NCBI RefSeq assembly: GCF_963921235.1
Contig: NC_086119.1
Coordinates: forward strand, 16,182,001 to 16,246,000
Direction of reading: 5' to 3'
DNA from: Mobula hypostoma
Lineage: Eukaryota
Length of the DNA: 64,000 bases
The notes beneath the pieces were generated by a model. It did no database searches. It was not told the origin of the DNA and was given only the letters and a program-made list of their open reading frames with translations. Made by a program: the position numbers and the translations under genes. How positions within the stretch are numbered: position 1 is the first letter of the stretch; every line of letters begins with the position of its first letter. Shown here piece by piece: positions 23,240 through 36,250 of the stretch.

Positions 23240-23600
23240 TCAATTACGGGATGTGGGCGTCACCAGCTAAGCCACCATTTATTGCCCATCCCTAGTTGCG
23301 CTTGGGAAGGTGGTGATGAGCTGCCTTCTTGAACCGCTGCAGTCCGCGAGGTGTAGGTACACCCACAGTACTGTTAGGGAGGGAATAACATGATTTTGAC
23401 CCAGCGACAATGAAGGATCGGCGATGTGTTTCCAAGTCAGGATGGTGAGTGACTTGGAGGGGGATTTCCAAGTATGTGGTGTTCCCAGGCCTCTGCTGTT
23501 CTCGTCCTTCTAGATGGTAGTGGTCGAGAGTCTGGAAGGTGCTGCTGTGGGAACTTTGGTGTGTTGTTGCAGTGCAACTTAATGGCATATGTTGTAACAG
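23240..23600 (-). mobile_element. CR1/L2-superfamily LINE 3' end
   Basis: RSFIVAGSKS..SLPNSTVG..GLQRFKKAAHHHL* followed by an aataaa tail. Confidence 0.55.
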
Positions 23601-24201
23601 GGTGTGTGGCCTAGAGTTTGCTCATGACATGTTTCCACTAAGCTGCTTTCAATCACTATCTTCCCCAACCATCAGAACCTTGAACCTTCAATCTGTGTTT
23701 GTTATTTATCACTTGTTGCCCTAGAGAAGGAAGTGATGTGCTGCATTTTCGAATCACTGCTCTTCTTCTGGAGAAGGACCCCCTCAAGGTCCTAAGTGAG
23801 GACTCCAGAGCCCAGTGACGATGAAGGACTGTATATCAGTTCTACTGTGTGAGGGGGCAGTGTGGATGGTAGTGCCCCCGAGCAATCTGATTCATTCTAG
23901 ATGATGTTGAGCCTGAGCGTTGTTGACCATCCAGTAGACATCACTCATGTTGTGCCTTCTGGGCAGTTGGGAGAGAGCTGCAGGATAATTCACAGTACCT
24001 GTTCAAGTTGCACTGTATTAATGTAGCTTAATCCCTCTTGTTTCCTTTCTTTCTCTCTTTTCCATCCCTCCTCACTCCTTCCCACTCTCAGGTTTAACCC
24101 TTGAACTCCCCCTGTGGTGATCCGCCACTCCCCCATGCAGAGTTTGGTTCTCACGCATCTCCCCCTGCTCTCTCACACCATGTCATCTCCTCCTTTAGCA
24201 G

Positions 24202-24322
24202 GGCCTTCATCAAACTCAGGGAGAACGGCAAGGGCAACATCTCCCGCTCGTCCTCCAGTACAAGCAGCTTCAGCAGCACGGCGGGCGAGAGTGAAACGAT
24301 AGAGGAATACGAGGCCAACATG
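24202..24322 (+). CDS. RAP1GAP2: RAP1GAP2 coding exon, AFIKLRENGKGNISRSSSSTSSFSSTAGESETIEEYEANM
   Basis: tagcag| and |gtgagt, 121 nt, phase 2-0; matches human PFMKLKENGRAISRSSSSTSSVSSTAGEGE. Confidence 0.94.
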
Positions 24323-26893
24323 GTGAGTACCTCCAGCCTCAGCCACGGGTGCAGGGGACCTTTACCATGGCCACACTCAACTGCAAAGCACCGGGGCCAG
24401 AGAGCTTGGTCAAATTATTAGGAACTCACTCACCCCTACAAGTACCGGCTGGATTCGGTAGAAGGACTGATGGAGATATTGTTGGTTCATGCCAATGTTC
24501 TCAGTGCTCCTGCAGCATAGATACATTTCTAAAATGAACAGAACACCAAGGATCAACTTTATTGGTGGCATTTGCATTTACATGTATCAGGAATTTGCTG
24601 TGAGGTGTTGGTCAGGATGTGACACACAGCAAAAACAATGTTAAGCAATTATAAAGATTATATAAAAATTAAGAATTGTATATAAATTAAAATTTTAAAA
24701 AGCTACTGCAGTTAAGAATTAAAGAGCGAATATAGAATAATATGTGCTTAAATAAATAAATACCAGCGTGTACATATACAAAGGGATTTTTATAATGCTG
24801 GAGGTACAGGAGCCTGAAGGCACACTCAATGTGCTGCTGTATAGCAACAAATGTCATGACGTGTGCCAGTGATATTAAACCTGATTCTGATTTAAAGTGT
24901 CTAAAGTACAGAGCAGTGAAGATGTTAATAGAAAGAGGGGTGTGGGTGGGGGCTAGCTAGAACAGTTGATCAGATTTACTGTCTGGGGGAAGAAACATTT
25001 AAGAAGGTTTGACTTTTTTAATAGCCCTATGACATTTTCGAGAAGGGAGCTTATGGAAAAGGCAGTTTGCAGAGTGGATAGTTCTGCAATGGTTCTTTGT
25101 CCTGGACACAAACAAGCCCTGCGTTGGTGGTAAACTCCAGCCAATGACCTTTTAATGCTTACTACTGTCACATTTAAGATCTGATGTTTTGACATCCAAT
25201 AATTCAGAAATCCTGGCTTGGCCTGTGGGTCACTCACTGCCCCGAGTATGAGCTGGGAATCTGCAGTGTATCTGGGGCCAGGGTCCAGTCTGTGAGTCGG
25301 GGTTGGGAGCACAAGAGGAAGGCAACATACATTTGTGTATATTCCTCGCTCCGTTTAAGCTCGTTGGATTCACTGGAAAATTGATTATACTACTACTTAA
25401 AAGCGTGAAGGGGTATTATTAGGGGTAGCATCCCCCAGTCCACTAGACGTACATCAAAGTCCTGAGGTAACAATAAACATTATGATCTTGCCAGCAGTGT
25501 CAAATCAAAGTATTGTACAATCCCAGGGTAGAACAGTACTGCACAGGAACAGGTCCTTAAACTCATGATGTCTGTGCCAAACCTTTTTAATTCTTGTTTT
25601 AATTGCGACACAGCATGGAGCAGGCCGTCCCGTCCCTTGAGCCGCGCCACCCAGCAATCCCCCGTCTTAATTCTAGTCTAATCATGAGACAACTCACAAT
25701 GACCCAGTTGACCTACCAACCAGTACACTTTTGGACTGAGGGAGGAAGCCCACATGGTCACAAGGAGAACGTACCAACTCCTTACAGCCAGCGGCAGGAA
25801 TTGAACCCCAGGTCGCCTGTACTGTGAGGCATTGTGCTGACCTCCACCCTAGAGTGCCGACCTCCACCCTACAGTGCCACCCTAACCTGAAGCCAAATTA
25901 AATTAAGTGTACATGATCTATACCTCTCCATTCTTGGCACATTCACATTGCTTTCTAAAGGTCCCTTAAATGTCACTCTGGAATCTGCTTCCACCATCAC
26001 CCCCGGCAGTCTCTTTGAGGCACCTACCGCTCTTTATGAAGAAGAAAACTCCTCCGCATGTTTCTCTTAAACTCCCCCGCACCCTTTCTCACCATAAATG
26101 TGCACCCTCTAGGTGGAGATCATAGTTGGTAAATTGGTTTTTTGTTGTCATGTGTACCAAAGCATAACATCAGTACCTCAGGTAGTATTCGGTAAATGCA
26201 ATAACAGAATGCAGAATCTAGTGTTCCAGTTAAGGGAACGTGCACTGCAGGTACACAATAAAGTGCAAGGCAATGAGGAGCTAAATTGTGAGGCCAGGAG
26301 TCCATCTTGTGCAAGGTGTCCATTCAATAGACTTGTGAAAGCAGGATGGAAGCTGTCCTTGCTTCAGGCTTCTGTATCTTCTTTGATGATACAGATTCTC
26401 CTATGGTCCACTCTCCTCTCCTATCAAATTCCTCCCTCACCAGCCCTTTACCTTTCCCACCCACCTGGCTTCACCTCTCACCTTCCAGCTATCCTCCTTC
26501 CACACCCCCCCCAACCTTCTTATTCTGGTGACTTCCCCATTGGGAATGGGTGGGGCTGATGCAGAGAGCAGAGAAAATGACGGGGTGGGAATGGTCTTTG
26601 TTTATGTAGCTGATTTACTAAGGGAAGTGAGGAGTGTCGATAGAGTTCATGGAGGGGAGGTTGGTTTTTGTGATGCGATGACCTGTGTCCACAACTCTTT
26701 ACAAACCCTCTAATCCAGGCCGCATCCTGGTAAACCTCCTCTGTACCCTTTCCAAAGCCTCCACATCCTTCCTACTAATAGGAGACCAGAACTGCATACA
26801 GTACTCCAAGCGCAGCCTAACCAAAGTTTTATGTAGCTGTGGTATGAATATGTTTTTGTTGCCCAAGTCCTGACAGATCCCCTGTCCTTACAG

Positions 26894-26999
26894 GGCAGCC
26901 AGCTATCGATGGCATCTCCTTTCCGACAGGACGTCTTTGTCTATGGCAGTGAAATCCCGGGTGGTTCAAGCCACGTCAGCTCGTGCAAGAGCCCCACAG
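26894..26999 (+). CDS. RAP1GAP2: RAP1GAP2 coding exon, GSQLSMASPFRQDVFVYGSEIPGGSSHVSSCKSPT
   Basis: ttacag| and |gtcagt, 106 nt, phase 0-1; matches human GSQPSTTSPFKQEVFVY..SRSPT. Confidence 0.92.
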
Positions 27000-27279
27000 G
27001 TCAGTACCCTAATCCCGCACACTTTCGGACACCATTGACACCATGGCCGAACATCGTCCAGCATGTGGGGTGGGGTAAACAGAAGGCCAAATGTAAAGAT
27101 GTCCCTTTTTTACACAGCAAGTTGTGAAGAGCTGGAAGACGCCGCCTAATTCTGCTCCTAAGACATAAGAGCAAATGTTCTTCATGGAGGAGCTGGAGGA
27201 ACAAATTCACCAGTGAATGGAAACCTTAATGAAAGAAAGTTTTCTGGAAATGGCCAAAGGACTAATCAAGTGTCTCCTC

Positions 27280-27710
27280 TAATGAGGAGCGTTTAATGTC
27301 TCTGGGCCTGCACTCACTGGAGTTTAGCAGAATGAGGTTGAATCTCATTGAAACCTCTTGAATATTGAAAGGCATAGACAGAGCGGAAGCGGGGAGGATG
27401 TTTCCTATCGTGGGCGAGTTTAGGACCAAAGGCCTCAGAATAGAAGGACATCACTTTAGAACAGAGATGCAGAGAAATTTCTTCAGCCAGAGAGTGGTAA
27501 ATCTGCGGAATTCGTTGCCACAGACGGCTGTGGAGTCATTGGATATATTTAAGGTGGAGGTTGATAGGTTCTTGATTAGTAAGGGTGTCCAAGATTATGG
27601 GAGAAGGCAGGAGAATGGAGTTGAGAGGGATAATAAATCAGCCATGATGGAATGACAAAGCAGACTCAATGGGCCGAATGGCCTAATTCTGCTCCTATGT
27701 CTTAGGGTCG
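27280..27710 (+). mobile_element. CR1 LINE 3' fragment
   Basis: MFPIVGEFRTKG..RNFFSQRVVNL. Confidence 0.8.
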
Positions 27711-28094
27711 ATGGTCGACCTGATGAAGGGTCTTGGCCTGAAACTTCAGCTGTTAATTCCGCTCCATAGAGGCTGCCTGACCTGCTGAGTTCCTCCAGCA
27801 CTTTGTGTGCTGTTCTGTATTTCCGGTATCTGCAGAATCCCTTTACTGAAAACATGGGCTATTCTGTCCTGGGTGCTCTTAGGAATTGTTGGCACTAACT
27901 CATCCAAAGAAATGGAAATATTTCTGACTGCTGCCTTGTAGATGCTGGAAAGGCCCTGGAGGATAAAGAGGAGGATCATCACAAAAGACCCTCCCCCACC
28001 CCCCCAAACTCACTCGTGGTCACAAAGTAACCATCACATTACTGAACAGTGGACTATCTATATTTCATTTGACTTCCTTTCCTTTCCTTTGCAG

Positions 28095-28171
28095 ACACAA
28101 TGAAGTGTAAAACCTCTCCAAGAACTACTTTGAAATTCCGATTTGAGAAACTTCACCACAGCTCAAACCCA
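28095..28171 (+). CDS. RAP1GAP2: RAP1GAP2 penultimate coding exon, (D)TMKCKTSPRTTLKFRFEKLHHSSNP
   Basis: tttgcag| and |gtgagt, 77 nt, phase 1-0; matches human DAKSRNSPRSNLKFRFDKLSHASS. Confidence 0.93.
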
Positions 28172-28689
28172 GTGAGTATGGCACACTTCCCTCCAGCTTG
28201 CTTGGTCTAGATTGAGTCCATTTGAACAGTAACTTGGTGAGGTTGTGGTGACAATTTCTCCTTTAGCTCTGTAATGCCATCTCACTGACACAACATCAGA
28301 GACTCCGAGTAATTTAATTCTCTTATCATTACGGGTTGACGAGAATCGTCAGAGAATGGATGAGAGCAGAGAAAAGGAGAAGGTCTGGGATTTTTCTAGC
28401 ATAGAGCTAATGGGCCAATTGACCTTGTCCTGTATCTCTCTGTGCTGACCGCTTATGCCAATAGGAAACTCATCCATTTTGCTCTCAGATTGAAAAAAAA
28501 CATTAGTAAAACATACAACACCTGTGTGCAGGTGGCCATGGTATCATCATCCATAGCTACTGAAGAAGTGCTGCAGTGCTAGACGTGTTGCTTTAAAAAG
28601 AAGCCCTGATTCCCACTAATGTGGATGAAAAATGTTTCTTGATCCCATCTGGAAGCAGATCAGGAATTATCTTGTGGAGAAGATGACGG

Positions 28690-29550
28690 GAAGCATGCAT
28701 TGAGTGGACAGCCAAAGTCTTTTTCCAGGGCAGAAATGGCTCTTATGTGGGGACGTAATTTTAAGTTAACACACACACACAAAATGCTGGAAGAACCCAG
28801 CAGGTCAGGCAACATCTACAGTATGCTGCCTGACCGGCTGAATTCCTCCAGCATATTTTGTGTGTGTTTCCAACATCTGCAGTCGTTAGTGTGTTTATAA
28901 CCTTAGGGTGATTGGAGGAAAGTGTAGAGAGTTGTCTATATTGGGCATGTACTCACTGGAATTCAGAAGAATGCGTAGGGATCTCATTGAAACCTACCGA
29001 ATTTTGAAAGGACTAGATAGGGTGGATGTGGAGAGGATGTTTCCAATGGTGGGCACAGCCTCAGAATTGAGGGGCATCCTTTTAGATCAGAGGTAAGGAG
29101 AATTTTTTTTTTAGCCAGAGTAGTGAATCTGAAGAATGCTCTGCCACAGACTGTGGTGAAGGCCAAGTCTGTGGACATATTTAAGGCAGAAGTAGATCAT
29201 TTCCTGATCAGTCAGGGCATCAGATATGGCGAGATGGCAGGTGTATGGGGTAGAGTGGGATCCAGAATCAGCCATGATAGAGTGGCAGAGAAGACTTGAT
29301 GGGCTGAATGGACTAATTTTGCTCCTATGTCTTATGGTCTTATGTCAGAGGTAAATTTTTTTTCTCCCCACAGAGAGTGGTGGATGCTTGGAACGCCCTG
29401 CCAGGGGTAGTGTTAGAAGTAGATATATTAAGGGCATTTAATAGATTTTAGATAGGTACATGGATGATAGAAAAATGGCGGGTTATGTAGGAGAGAAGAA
29501 TTAGATTAATCTTGGAGTAGTTTAAAAAGTTGGTCCAACATCATGGGTTC
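28690..29550 (+). mobile_element. Nested CR1 fragments: an older CR1 split by a PLE remnant (~28768-28900) and a second CR1 (~28935-29345)
   Basis: outer CR1 sequence resumes after each insert; inner YSLEFRRMRRDLIETY. Confidence 0.7.
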
Positions 29551-29654
29551 TATATTCTACTTTTACACTTCTGCTCTACCGAGGCATTTTTTTTAAAGGT
29601 GATTTCTGTATCACTGTGATTATACTGGCACTCTGCAAACAGGCTTGCATTTAT

Positions 29655-30247
29655 ATAACCATATAACAATTACAGCACAGAAACAGGCCATCTCGGCCCT
29701 TCTAGTCCGTGCCGAACTCTTACTCTCACCTAGTCCCACCGACCTGCACTCAGCCCATAACCCTCCATTCCTTTCCTGTCCATATATCTATCCAATTTAA
29801 CTTTAAACGACAACATAAAACCTACCTCAACTACTTCTGCTGGAAGCTCATTCCACACAGCTACCACTCTCTGAGTAAAGAAGTTCCCCCTCATGTTACC
29901 CCTAAACTTTTGTCCTCTAATTCTCAACCCATGTCCTCTTGTTTGAATCTTCCCCACTCTCAATGGAAAAAGTCTAACCACGTCAACTCTATCAATCTCC
30001 CTCATAATTTTAAGCACCTCTATCAAGTCTCCCCTCAACCTTCTACGCTCCAAAGAATAAAGACCTAACTTGTTCAACCTTTCTCTGTAACTTAGGAGAT
30101 GAAACCCAGGCAACATTTTAGTAAACCTCCTCTGTACTCTCTCAATTTTATTGACATCTTTCCTATAATTCGGTGACCAGAACTGTACACAATACTCCAG
30201 ATTTGGCCTTACCAATGCATTATACAAATTCAACATCCCAACTCCTA
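29655..30247 (-). mobile_element. Young CR1 LINE 3' fragment
   Basis: open 168-aa frame LVRPNLEYCVQFWSP..WNELP; (TTATATGG)-type tail; nearly identical to 37705-38310. Confidence 0.9.
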
Positions 30248-30428
30248 TATAGCACCTTTCACCATCCTGGGATAAATGTGTTTTCAGCTAATGAAGGTGT
30301 AGTCACTGTTACGTTGGAAACAGAAATGAATTTGCACAAGGCAAGCTCTCACAGACAGTAATGTGATATCTGTTTAAGTAATGTTGAGTAAGGCTTAATA
30401 TCAATCAAAAAATGGATTATACTGTAAT

Positions 30429-30644
30429 CACAAACAAGAGAAAATATGAAGAGGCTGGAAATCCAAAATGCTGGAGGAACTCAGCAGGCCAGGCAGCATC
30501 TATGGTAAAGAGTAAACAGTCGACGTTTCGGGCCGAGACCCTTTGGCAGGACACAAGGGTTGAAGGGCCTCAGCCCAAAACATCGACTGTACTCTTTCCC
30601 ATAGATGCTGCCTGGCCTGCTGAGTTCCTCCAGCATTTTGTGTG
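30429..30644. mobile_element. Palindromic Penelope-derived short element
   Basis: inverted arms like 492-706; no convincing TSD. Confidence 0.75.
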
Positions 30645-33600
30645 AATCCCTGCCCTTCTTCCAAAACAGGGTTAAGAAAAGTTTTGCAACCACATTAGTG
30701 GTTGGCTTTTGTTAAAAGCAACACCTCTAGTGAGACTATAAGACATAGGAGCAGAGTTAGGCCACTTGGCCCGTCAAATCTGATTGTGGTTGGTTGATTT
30801 TTTCCCCCACAGGTGGTGGGCTGGGGGGGGGGGCGGGGGAGGGCTGACTAGAATGGATGATCAGATTAACTTCCTGGGGGAAGAAACTCTTTAAAAATGG
30901 TGCAAAGTATTTGTTTTGATAGCCCTCTAGCACTTTTTAGAAGGGAGGTTTAGGGGAAGGGACTTCCGCAATGATTACTTCCTGCTTTGTCCTAGACACG
31001 TACAAGTCCTGCAGTGCTGGTAAACTGTTTCTTGCAACAACCCAGTCACCGTGGTCCTGTTAAATCATCTACCATACCCTGCCACCCTTAGCATTCTTAC
31101 CATTCTCCTTTGAACATCTCACTGTGACTCATTTGCCTGTAATCAAAGTACCTTACCTCTTGGGTTTTCTGCCTTGCATTAGGTATGTCCTTCCGACCCT
31201 TTGAGCCACGCCATCCAGCAACCCCTGATTTAACGCTAGCCTAACCACAGGGCAATTTACAATGTCCAATCAACCTACCAACTGGTACGTCCTTGGACTG
31301 GGGGGGGTGGGGGGAGCTGGAGTACTGGGGAAAACCCACACGAGGACATACAAACTCATCTCAGGCAGTGGCAGGAATTGAACCCAGGTCACCCTGTACC
31401 GTAAAGCGCTACCATGCCGCCCTGCTCAAGGATCAACTTCATCCATTAACTTCCTTCAAAGGCTTCGACAAGGACCTTTGAAAGCGGGACTCTGGTTTAT
31501 GGTTGGGAGTATGCTAGCAATTCTGCGGCTGAATTATACAGGGTGGGGAGGCTCCAACTCAGTTCTTGAACTAGATGGTGTCTGTCGCAGCCTCAGTGCC
31601 CAGTTGGCCATCTGGAGATGGGCTGGGAGTAGGAGTGAGGACCGGGTTGGTGCTGGTGAGGTGGCAGACGGCCAGTAGAAAGGTGCTAGTCTGTACGAGA
31701 AATCCCGGGATCATGAAGTGAGGCTGGGTTCTCAGTCTGATATTCATTAAGCTGACGGCCTGGAGTTGACTGTCTGGAAGCAGATGTAGATAAGGTACAC
31801 ATGGAAAGTTGCCTAAACACGCCTGCCAGATGAGACATTATATTGCTAGCATAAACGAAAGATGGGAGAGGATTGCAGAGTGTCAATATTTGATATGTAA
31901 TGTGGTATCTCTAAAACAAAATGACAGGTTATTACCTGCTAACAGGGACCCTGAACAAATCTGGGGCTGGAAGCCTCCATTTTGTTAGGACTATGGGTTG
32001 CACAAGGTCTAATTCCTCAGGAGAACAGAGAGTCTCAGCTGTTTAAAGTGAATAATCCCGAGCTTTCATCATAATAGCAGACAAAACAGTTCCCTACAAA
32101 CTCTGAGCTTTGCAAGACCTCATTTCTAAAATCTGCTTCCAAGAGGACACGCCCAAGACGTGTATTTTGGTTAAATTAATTGTTAAAGTATAAATAAAAA
32201 TTAAATGTAATTAATTTTATTATAATTTTAATAAAACTAAATCCGACAGGAAATTAAATAATTTGTCAAAAATGTGCAATAGTTTAGTAAGGTGCAGAGA
32301 ACGCTAGAGGAACTCAGCAGACCTGGTGGCATCTATGGAGCGAAATAAGCAATCAGTGTTTCTGGCCGAGGCTCTTCATTGGCCCAAAATGTCGATCGTT
32401 CCCTTCATAGATGCTATTGTTTGTGTTGTTCAAGATTTCCAGCATGTCTCATGCCTTTAATATTTCAGTCAGTGGTGTTTTAGAACTGATTCAACCTCTT
32501 TCTTTCCTGCAACAGCTGCTGGGAGCTTGTCCTTCGCCACAAATGTAGCTGCAGCTGGTTGGGACACGGCCTCCGCACCTCGAGCTGCTCCCACCCTTCC
32601 TGAATCTGAAGCGCCCCATTCTCCACCCGAGGAAGAAGGAGATGGGCTGGAGGTCCTGATGCCCCGGCTGCCTTCACAGGGGTTCAGTTTGCGTGCTCCA
32701 CCTTCCGAGCAAAAACCATTTCAAGCTCTCTTTGGAGGCATGTTACTTTAACAATATAAACACTTTGCAAGTCACGTCAGTGAATGGTAACATTGAATAT
32801 GGTTTGGGTAGACCTCAGGGTTTCCTATCCTCGCTGGCTTTCTTGGGCTGTAACCTTCTGGAATTAACCTTTCTTTGGGTACTGGAATGGTGTGGATTTT
32901 CATTGGAGGATGTCAGATGCAGGCATCTCAGATCCTACAATGGGAAAGACCTGGGAGAGGTTTTGAAGGGACAACCAAATGTCTTGAATAGCCAGTGGTT
33001 TCTCTGAGGAACCTGGGGTAAAGTGACTGCCTCTCTGCCAAGAGCACGAGGCGGAATCCTCAGGGCTGTTACTATAGATCTATCAGGAGGTTGCCCGTTT
33101 TCCCCCCCCGCCCCCTCCGACATTCCCGAAGTGGGGGTGCAGCCGTTCCTGAATCCCTGTTGATGTAGCTTCACACAGTACTTGTAGCAAAGCCTAAACT
33201 TTGTGTTGTAACCTGTTACCTGCCACGTATACACTGCCGATTAACAGAGAGCATCGGTGTGCCCTGCGTCATTTGTTGTCCATGTGCCTGAGATTACATT
33301 TAAATGTATTAGTTGTGCAGAAAAAAAGAACCTGCCTTTTTTTTTGTCTTGGATGAATCTTACTCCTGTCCAGATTCCAGTAAAAGCACGAAAATAGTCA
33401 ACAGGAGTCAGTTTAAACATTTTGAGTAAGGAGAAGACTTGATGAGATTTCCTTGTTATTGCTTTTTCCTCTCATTCAATTTACTTCCTGGTCAGTTGAG
33501 GCCTTTGGGTTAGAAAATTTTGGAGCCTCGTCTCAGGTAACCCACGGTAACACTGGTGGTAATGCTGCCTTGATATTTAACTATGATCAGAATTTTAAAT

Positions 33601-34263
33601 TTCTGGTTATTAGTTAGTACTCAGACTTGTTTTTAATTTTCTCACCACGTTCTTCTTTAGCTCTTTTTCTTCGTCTCCCACAAATCCCCAGCAGTAGTAC
33701 TACACCTGACTCTGTTGTTGTTTCACTATTGTTCTGCTATTCCTCCTCCCTTTGTTTCTATTGTTCCTCCTTCATTTCATTGTGACTTCCTCTTTGCTAC
33801 CATATCTGTCTTTCTCTCCTTCTTGTCCACCTCCTTCCATCTCCCTTCCTCCCCTCACCTATTTTTTCTCACAAATGTTTAAAATTTAAATTTCTCTCTC
33901 ACAAATGCATCTCAAATGTACCTGGGTAGACGTTTTCAAATTTGTCACAAAAAGTGATTCACATCACATTAAAGAAAAAGGCAAGACAAAGATTTGGTGC
34001 CGTCTTTGAAAGTAAAGCACAGTTTTCTGAGCTGTCTAAGATATGATTTGGCCTTTCCTCAATTCGATTTTGACACCACATCCATCATTACATTATTTTG
34101 CCCGCATGTGCAGACTGTCAACGAATTGACTACATGTTCTTGGAGGCAACAGATTTTGGAGCCTTCGTGATCCTGCACACTGTCTAATCACAGATTTAAT
34201 TAAAAGATTTACTGTATAGTATCATGTTAGGGCCACAATATAAAGCAAGTCTTCTGCATTCTC

Positions 34264-34371
34264 CTGTTTTCCCTGTGACATTGCCAGTGTCTGTGTTCCC
34301 TGCAACATCACCACTTTCTGTGTTCTCTATGACATCACTACTCTTTGTGTTCTCTGTGACATCACAATGAA
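34264..34371. repeat. Degenerate 27-bp tandem repeat x4 (CTGTGTTCYCTGTGACATCACCACT..)
   Basis: units start at 34264, 34291, 34318 and 34345; two looser copies near 34525 and 34575. Confidence 0.7.
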
Positions 34372-36244
34372 TCCTGAGAGTGTGGCGAAAGGGTGCAGAA
34401 CATTGAACACGTTCTGCGCAACTGCCCACTCTCACCTGATCTAGCTGACACTGACCTGCTCAGCATCAACCAAACAACACTAGAGTGGCTGGCTGTCTGG
34501 TGTGACGAGCTATGACGATGACCAGTGTCTGTGCTCCCTGTGACATAACCATTGTCTTTTGAAGTCATCATGGCTGTATTCCCTGTGAAGTCACTGGTAT
34601 CCTTTCACATTTAATCACAAAAAACTTTTTCACACGGCAAGTTGTCATTGACTGGAATTCACTGTGTGATGCTGACAAAATTGAAAATGAAATAAGTAAA
34701 TTCTTGAGGGTAAAAGGTTGCAGGGATAAGAGCTCCAGCAGAGAGCTGGCGCACCCTAGATGGGCCGAGCGTTCTCCTTCCTTGCTGTAATAACCCTAAA
34801 ACCTCCTGTTCTGTGAGAAGTTCACCTTTCCCTTTTGTGGTGGATCTCCGTGTTTCTGTTCCTGATTCTCCCCTCCTGGAGCCGTAAGATTTCAGGTGGT
34901 ATCCGGTAAGAGTCAGAATCCTGCCTGCCTCTCACCCAAACCTTGCTGCGGGCAAATCCGAAAGAAGAATAACACCAGGCCACACCTAACCTCCTCATGT
35001 CACTGTGATCAGGTCCAGCCGAGCTAATGGATGAAGAGTGAACCTGTGAAACCAAACCAAAATCACTTGCAAATGTTTCTTGTGCTTAACTTTGACCTTG
35101 ATCTGGACAGATAGCACCTGCTGATCCTGTCACCTCCATTATCTCTGAATCTCCCTATCAACAATGAAACCGGTTGTAGAGGGTGTTTGCTTGAAATCTC
35201 CACCCCAGTACTGAGTTCAAAATAAATCTGTTGTCTGCAATTCCATTGTTTTCAGTGAGGATCACTGTCCAAAGCTCATAAAGTTGTACTTCTTGAAGTA
35301 GTTAAAAGCAGAGAATTGGTGGGGAGTAGCTGTTCTTCAGTTAATTTCTATTCCAGTGTTTTACCTGGGACCATTAGTTTGAGGCCATCTTTGCCACACT
35401 AGAATCATCTTCCTCCTTGATCAGGTGACCCTTCCCATTGGTGCTGGAGAACGGTGAAGACTGCGCAGGTTTTCTGCTCTGGGAGGCCGAGTCCTCCCAT
35501 CCTCCCTCCTCACAAACTGAGATAGGTTTCAGGTCAAACCAGGAAGGCCTATATAGCCACGTAAACTGTGGGCGATGCTGGGAGTGTGTGGACCTCGTAC
35601 AGAAACGATGATTTATTGTATACGCGCACACCCCTCCACGTTACAGTTTACACCTTAAGCCTTGTCAAAGCCTGTGCAGTTGTATGACTATTCGTTGTGC
35701 TTTATGTTTTGCCAAGTACAAAGTGTGATGTAAAAAAAAATGTGACTGTTGCTTCTCATGATGTGAGACCTTTTACCATGAAGTAATTCCAGGATGTCCA
35801 TTGTAATGATTTATTGTAGTTTTTGTTCTCATTCTTGTATGCGCATGCGCACGCACACGCACACGCACGCACACACACACGCACACACACACAAGACAAA
35901 AGATGTTTTGGGGAGAGAGGTTTAACCATCCTGCTAATGTGTAATGGGGGGAAGAAAAAGGACACTGAAGACTTGAACTTTAAACTCTGGGCCAGGCTGG
36001 TGTGGCGTGTGCATAGCTAAGGGGTTACTGTGTGGAAGTATAACGCAAAGGGAACTGTTGCCAAGAAGTGGCAGAGCTTTACAAAGCTGCCTGATTGACC
36101 CACAGATGTAAATATTGTACAATTAATTTATTGCTCCTTTGGCAAATTAATTTTGTTGTGATGTAAAAAAACAGAAGGACCTGAAATCCTGTGTTTGTAT
36201 ATTCTGTTTTGCTGTCGACGTCTTTTTGCATAGTGCTGCACAGT

Positions 36245-36250
36245 AATAAA
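36245..36250 (+). terminator. Candidate polyadenylation signal of RAP1GAP2 (another AATAAA at 35221-35226)
   Basis: AATAAA followed by T/GT-rich sequence at the end of the unique UTR-like block. Confidence 0.5.

Noticed and set aside
19745-27710. Inverted CR1 pair as a circRNA driver for RAP1GAP2 exons 23033-26999
   Set aside because: The copies are diverged and such pairs are expected by chance at this CR1 density; no direct evidence.
31946-31954. ctaacag|GGA CCC TGA as the RAP1GAP2 last exon (GP*, like human GH*)
   Set aside because: Weak pyrimidine tract, followed by AT-rich intron-like DNA and a repeat remnant; not excluded, but less supported than 32516.
33660-33900. Pyrimidine-rich low-complexity tract
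   Set aside because: No periodicity or coding signal; ordinary UTR/intron low complexity.
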